A DNA stretch of 64,000 bases, from assembly GCA_963717435.1 (NCBI GenBank), contig OY970332.1, positions 64,001-128,000 of the forward strand. Reading direction: 5' to 3'. This document shows, piece by piece, positions 59,956-64,000 of the stretch. The translations under genes and the position numbers were made by a program. This DNA is from an uncultured bacterium. GTDB taxonomy: Bacteria > Babelota > Babeliae > Babelales > Babelaceae. Positions within the stretch are counted from its first letter, which is position 1, and every line of letters begins with the position of its first letter. The notes beneath the pieces were generated by a model, which worked only from the letters and a program-made list of their open reading frames with translations, was not told where the DNA came from and did not search any database.

Positions 59956-60711
59956 TTATAAACAAGATAAATACTGCAAATATAAATTGCGCCAGAAGAT
60001 TTTGGCACTGCCGGGCATTTGAAATTGACTAAGTGATAGCTCAAGAAATTCTATTATTCTTGTAGATTTTGTTAAAATATTTTGATCAGAACTCAAGATC
60101 GCCTGTTTTTGTTTGTTTCCCCAATATTTTAATAAAAAATCGACCATATCACGAGATTCACGCTCGCTGGGTTTTAATTCTAGTGCTTTGTTTATCTGCA
60201 AAATATTACAAATTTTGTCAGACATAAAAAAATCTAATATTGGGTGTTTTGCAAAATCTATCTGCCCATCAAAATTCTTAACAACGCAACGTGAAGCTAT
60301 AGTTTTTGGAATAAAATCCGGTCGTTGCGCAAGTAAAATAAAATTATAACCTGCTGGCGGCTCTTCTATAGATTTCAATAAACTTGCAGCAGTAGCTTGC
60401 GTGAGAGTGTCTGCATGGTTAAGAATAAAATAATAGTGCTGCCCAGGGTCAAGACTAAAACTTATTTTTTCAAATATAATCTCAATATCATCGATTTTAT
60501 ATTGCCCATCGGGATCTATCCAAGTTGTTAAATAGTATTGCTTGTTAATTATCTGCTTGCAAATATAGCAAACACCGCAACCAGAATTTTTACAGTAAAC
60601 TTTTTGCAGATATTTTTGGACCTGCAAAACTAAGTTTTGGTTATCACCAACCCATAACTGTGCCGGCGAATTTGAGATACTATTTATAAAATCATTTTCT
60701 TGTTTTTGCAT
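59956..60711 (-). CDS. holB: DNA polymerase III subunit delta-prime (reduced)
   Basis: C..GCGVCYIC, SLLKSIEEPP, TIASRC; follows tmk. Confidence 0.8.
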   Translation of the reverse strand: MQKQENDFINSISNSPAQLWVGDNQNLVLQVQKYLQKVYCKNSGCGVCYICKQIINKQYYLTTWIDPDGQYKIDDIEIIFEKISFSLDPGQHYYFILNHADTLTQATAASLLKSIEEPPAGYNFILLAQRPDFIPKTIASRCVVKNFDGQIDFAKHPILDFFMSDKICNILQINKALELKPSERESRDMVDFLLKYWGNKQKQAILSSDQNILTKSTRIIEFLELSLSQFQMPGSAKIFWRNLYLQYLSCL

Positions 60712-60725
60712 AAATTCTTAGCCGC

Positions 60726-61421
60726 TCAAATGCCATCGGGGCGAGCGTTTAGTGGAACCCCAGACAATCCCGTTTCGGTAGTCGACAACTTTAAATCAAT
60801 CACTTTAACCACTTCTTGAAGCAATTCTTCTTGAGTCTTAGTTGCATCTAATATTATAACATTATTTTTGAGTTTATTCTTTTCTTCAAATATTTTATCA
60901 AACCCGTGAATAACTTTATCAAAAAATTCAGATTTTTCTTTTTCAAAGTCAGTAAGCTGCTCATTTCTTCTTATAGTTCTTGCAAAAGCAGTTTTATAAT
61001 CTATTTTTAAATAAAATATTAAATCTGGTTCTAAATCGCCCATCGCCCAGCTGTTAACAGATTTTATCATTTCTTTGTCAAGACCCCGCCCATAGCCCTG
61101 ATAAGCAAGTGCCGAGTCAGACATACGATCAGAGATAACAATTTTCCCAGAGTTTAAAGCAGGTAAAACAAGTTGTGCAACGTGCTGCGCTCTATCAGCA
61201 GCAAAAAGCAGAAATTCAGCTTTAGGAGAAATTTCATGGCTTCTTTGTTGCAAAATAGATCTTAAGTTTTTACCGAAATCTGTTCCGCCCGGCTCTTTTG
61301 TAAGAACAACTTCATGGCCAAGTTTTTTTAATTCTTGAGTGCTAGAAGTTGCCAAGCTGCTTTTCCCAGAGCCATCTATACCCTCGAAGACTACAAGTAA
61401 TCCAGTTTGCTTATTTTGCAT
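60726..61421 (-). CDS. tmk: Thymidylate kinase
   Basis: FEGIDGSGKS, KEPGGT, LFAADRAQH, DR, AYQGYGRG. Confidence 0.96.
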   Translation of the reverse strand: MQNKQTGLLVVFEGIDGSGKSSLATSSTQELKKLGHEVVLTKEPGGTDFGKNLRSILQQRSHEISPKAEFLLFAADRAQHVAQLVLPALNSGKIVISDRMSDSALAYQGYGRGLDKEMIKSVNSWAMGDLEPDLIFYLKIDYKTAFARTIRRNEQLTDFEKEKSEFFDKVIHGFDKIFEEKNKLKNNVIILDATKTQEELLQEVVKVIDLKLSTTETGLSGVPLNARPDGI

Positions 61422-61532
61422 GTTTTTAACTTTTAATAAAAATTTTTAATTTGTTTATAATATTTTCTCAGATTTAAAAAATTGGACCAATAAAATTTTT
61501 AAAAACAGTCTAAGAAAATTTCAGCAAAAATA

Positions 61533-61979
61533 TTAATTCAAAAATGTCTTGCACTTGAACCAACCGCGGTCGCCATTGCCTTGATAAAATTGGTCACTGC
61601 AGACCGTTTTATTATCAATATTAATATCACCAAAAACGGGTCCTGCATTTTTTGTGGCCTCAATACTTTGCAGCAACATGGTTCGTAAGCTATTATCAAT
61701 TGTAGGAATTGAGTTTTTTATTTTGCCAAGCTCACTCTTTTTAAAATAAATAGTACTTTCAAGCACCTTTTTATTTTGATATTGTTTAAGCTCAACTAAA
61801 AATTTTTTAGTGATAAAAGCATAGCTGCAATCTAAATCCCGTTTATTTTCACAAGCAGTCCTGAAAGCATCAATAAGCTTGAGTGTGATAAAATTGCCGT
61901 CTTCGTTAACGTCCATAGAGTAAACGTAGCTGCTAATAAACAAATTACTTAAGAATAGTAATATAAAACTTTTTTTCAT
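61533..61979 (-). CDS. Hypothetical secreted protein
   Basis: Signal ending VYS-MDV. Confidence 0.65.
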   Translation of the reverse strand: MKKSFILLFLSNLFISSYVYSMDVNEDGNFITLKLIDAFRTACENKRDLDCSYAFITKKFLVELKQYQNKKVLESTIYFKKSELGKIKNSIPTIDNSLRTMLLQSIEATKNAGPVFGDINIDNKTVCSDQFYQGNGDRGWFKCKTFLN

Positions 61980-62006
61980 GTAGTTATCCAAGTTGGTAAT
62001 AGTAAA

Positions 62007-63014
62007 TTATCTTTCTGAGATCCAATCACCAATAATTTCAACAGCCTCTGGATCCTGAATTATATCCCTATGGTTTAAACATGGTAAAATTCTAATCGCA
62101 TCCCCGGCGTCTCTGATGACATCTGAATATTTGTCAGGGTTGCCAGCCTCATCTTCAGATCCGACTAATAATATAAACTTATTTTTTAACCCAGCAAAAT
62201 CTTTTTTTAAATCAAAAATTCTTGGCATTAAAGAGTGCATGAGCCTATAAGAATATGTTAGTGTTTCTTTTCCGGTCCAGGTCAATCCCGGCTTATTAAA
62301 ATCTAAAATCGGCAAAGAATTCAGACCCGTAATTCCAAAAAAGTTAAATATAACTAGCCCAATATTTCTTAACTTATGGAGATTTGCCCAACCACCTGCA
62401 TTATTATTTTTTAAAACAGCTGAATTTGGAATCGCAGGCGCAAGCAAAACATAACCCTTAATTACGTCATTGTATTTGCTGCCGGCAAATCTAATAGCAA
62501 GTCCGCCACCAAGTGAGTGCCCTCCCAAAAATATATTTTTATTATCTTTTTCAAATTTATTTATTAGATCAACAATATCATCTTCAATTTGGCCGATATA
62601 TTCGCAATCACCTCTGTGTCTGCCCGATAAGTAATGCCCGCGCAAGTTTGGTACATAGACTTTACAGATATCATTTCCACTTAAATGTCTTGCAAGATAA
62701 TTCAAATACTCACCATGTCCACTGGAGCCGTGCAGTAATATAAGTATTTTATTATTATTAAAACTATTTTTAGTATTATAAACGCGATAACTTAGCCAAT
62801 CGCCATCACGTGCTTGAAATCTTTGCAAATCCGGCAAACCAATTAAATCTGGGCTAAACTGCGCAAAAATATGTCTTTCGCGTTGCGATCTGTCAGTGCT
62901 GCCCGGGTTTAAAACTAATAAAAAAGCTGCAAATAAAATTAGAAAAATTAAAAATATAATACTTAAAAATATTTTTTTAAGATTAAAATTTAAAGAACCA
63001 AACTTTGTATCCAA
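62007..63014 (-). CDS. Membrane-anchored alpha/beta hydrolase
   Basis: N-terminal TM, LLHGS, LRGH, GHSLGG nucleophile elbow. Confidence 0.88.
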   Translation of the reverse strand: MDTKFGSLNFNLKKIFLSIIFLIFLILFAAFLLVLNPGSTDRSQRERHIFAQFSPDLIGLPDLQRFQARDGDWLSYRVYNTKNSFNNNKILILLHGSSGHGEYLNYLARHLSGNDICKVYVPNLRGHYLSGRHRGDCEYIGQIEDDIVDLINKFEKDNKNIFLGGHSLGGGLAIRFAGSKYNDVIKGYVLLAPAIPNSAVLKNNNAGGWANLHKLRNIGLVIFNFFGITGLNSLPILDFNKPGLTWTGKETLTYSYRLMHSLMPRIFDLKKDFAGLKNKFILLVGSEDEAGNPDKYSDVIRDAGDAIRILPCLNHRDIIQDPEAVEIIGDWISER

Positions 63015-63243
63015 AGATCCTCCCTATTCATTTAATAAACAAATTCAGAAACTTGTATAAATATTTCGCCATCTCTCTAAATATATATATAAAAATGTTG
63101 TTTTGGAACGCTAAATGCCATAAACAGAACCTACTTTTAGAACAAGCTGACAATTTAGATGAATTTTATGATATAATATTTGAATCTATATTAAGAAGTT
63201 TTGATATTTATTTAAAAGCAATTAAATCGAGTATTTTATAACC

Positions 63244-63438
63244 ATGAAAAAAGTTTGGATCGAACCGGGTTGCATAACCTGCGGATCATGCCAATATTTG
63301 GCTCCAGAAGTATTTGAAGTTACAGACAGATCTCGCGTTAGGCCCTGTGCTGATCTTGCAAAAAACAAAGAACTTATAGAAAAAGCAGCGAAAGCCTGTC
63401 CAGTTCAAGTTATTAAATTTGAAGAAGATAATAAATAG
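63244..63438 (+). CDS. Ferredoxin (single cluster)
   Basis: CITCGSC...APEVF...CPV. Confidence 0.9.
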   Translation: MKKVWIEPGCITCGSCQYLAPEVFEVTDRSRVRPCADLAKNKELIEKAAKACPVQVIKFEEDNK

Positions 63439-63549
63439 TCTAAAAACTTACAAAAAGCCCTTTTTTATACCATTTGTCATAGCAAAACCCTGATGTTATT
63501 ATATGAAATATAAGTTAAAAACAAAATAATACTCCTGGGATTTTAAAAT

Positions 63550-64000
63550 ATGGGCTTAAGAAATAAATCGATAGAACTGTTACTATCAAGCCTGTTTATA
63601 AGTGCAGGTTATAAAGCAAGTATAGGGGCCCAATATTATCTTGAATTTGGGAAAGACAGACAAGAGAGTATATCGATAAATCCAGAAGTAACCCTGTCAT
63701 ATAAGTCGCCTGATATATCTGAAATACAAGATTTACTTTTAACAACAGAAGATGACGTTGAATTCGAGGCCACTCTTTTTGACAGAGGGAGCGATACATT
63801 AATCGTTCTTGGTCAAGGATTTCCTGGGGGCAAAGAGAGCATGTATGGCTATAAGAAAAAATTCACAACCTATGACCTTATAGCATTTGATTATCGCTGG
63901 AACAATATAATATCTTACAGTGCAAATCCCAAAACACTAATACACCCAATTAACAGACTTGTTTTAGATTCGACTAAAGAAATAGAAGCTGTCTTAGAAT
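63550..64000 (+). CDS. Probable alpha/beta hydrolase-fold protein, 5' part (runs off window end)
   Basis: Manual translation: LLLTTEDDV, LIVLGQGFPG, YDLIAFDYR. Confidence 0.6.
   Translation, partial: MGLRNKSIELLLSSLFISAGYKASIGAQYYLEFGKDRQESISINPEVTLSYKSPDISEIQDLLLTTEDDVEFEATLFDRGSDTLIVLGQGFPGGKESMYGYKKKFTTYDLIAFDYRWNNIISYSANPKTLIHPINRLVLDSTKEIEAVLE

Noticed and set aside
63005-63241. 78-aa ORF upstream of the ferredoxin
   Set aside because: AT-rich divergent promoter region, TTG start overlapping the opposite gene, no motif.

Overview
AT-rich bacterial chromosome segment, genetic code 11. An ATP/ADP translocase, many signal-peptide hypothetical proteins and eukaryote-like Sel1, RING, WD40 and CaaX proteins suggest an intracellular protist parasite, most likely Dependentiae/Babeliae (inference, not a database result). 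The core content is a trxB-sufC-sufB-sufD-(Sel1 gene)-sufS cluster, a contiguous str-S10-spc-alpha ribosomal superoperon without rpmD, rseP, pgi, a solitary rplM, nhaC, pepP, yjjX, recR, yidC, murC, a formamidase, an S9 peptidase, a doubly frameshifted NlpC/P60 gene, tlc, a cysteine synthase, pfpI, holB and tmk. Three tandem arrays encode secreted paralogs. The most unusual signals are two families of short GC-rich hairpin elements. Family A (55-59 nt, 4 copies, with covarying stems) sits in-frame inside sufD, pgi and recR and once between genes, much like Rickettsia palindromic elements. Family B (3 copies) sits each time inside a diverged, apparently in-frame ghost duplicate of the adjacent gene's terminus (murC 5' end, S9 peptidase 3' end, pfpI 3' end). 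No transposase, integrase, RNA gene or CRISPR array was seen.
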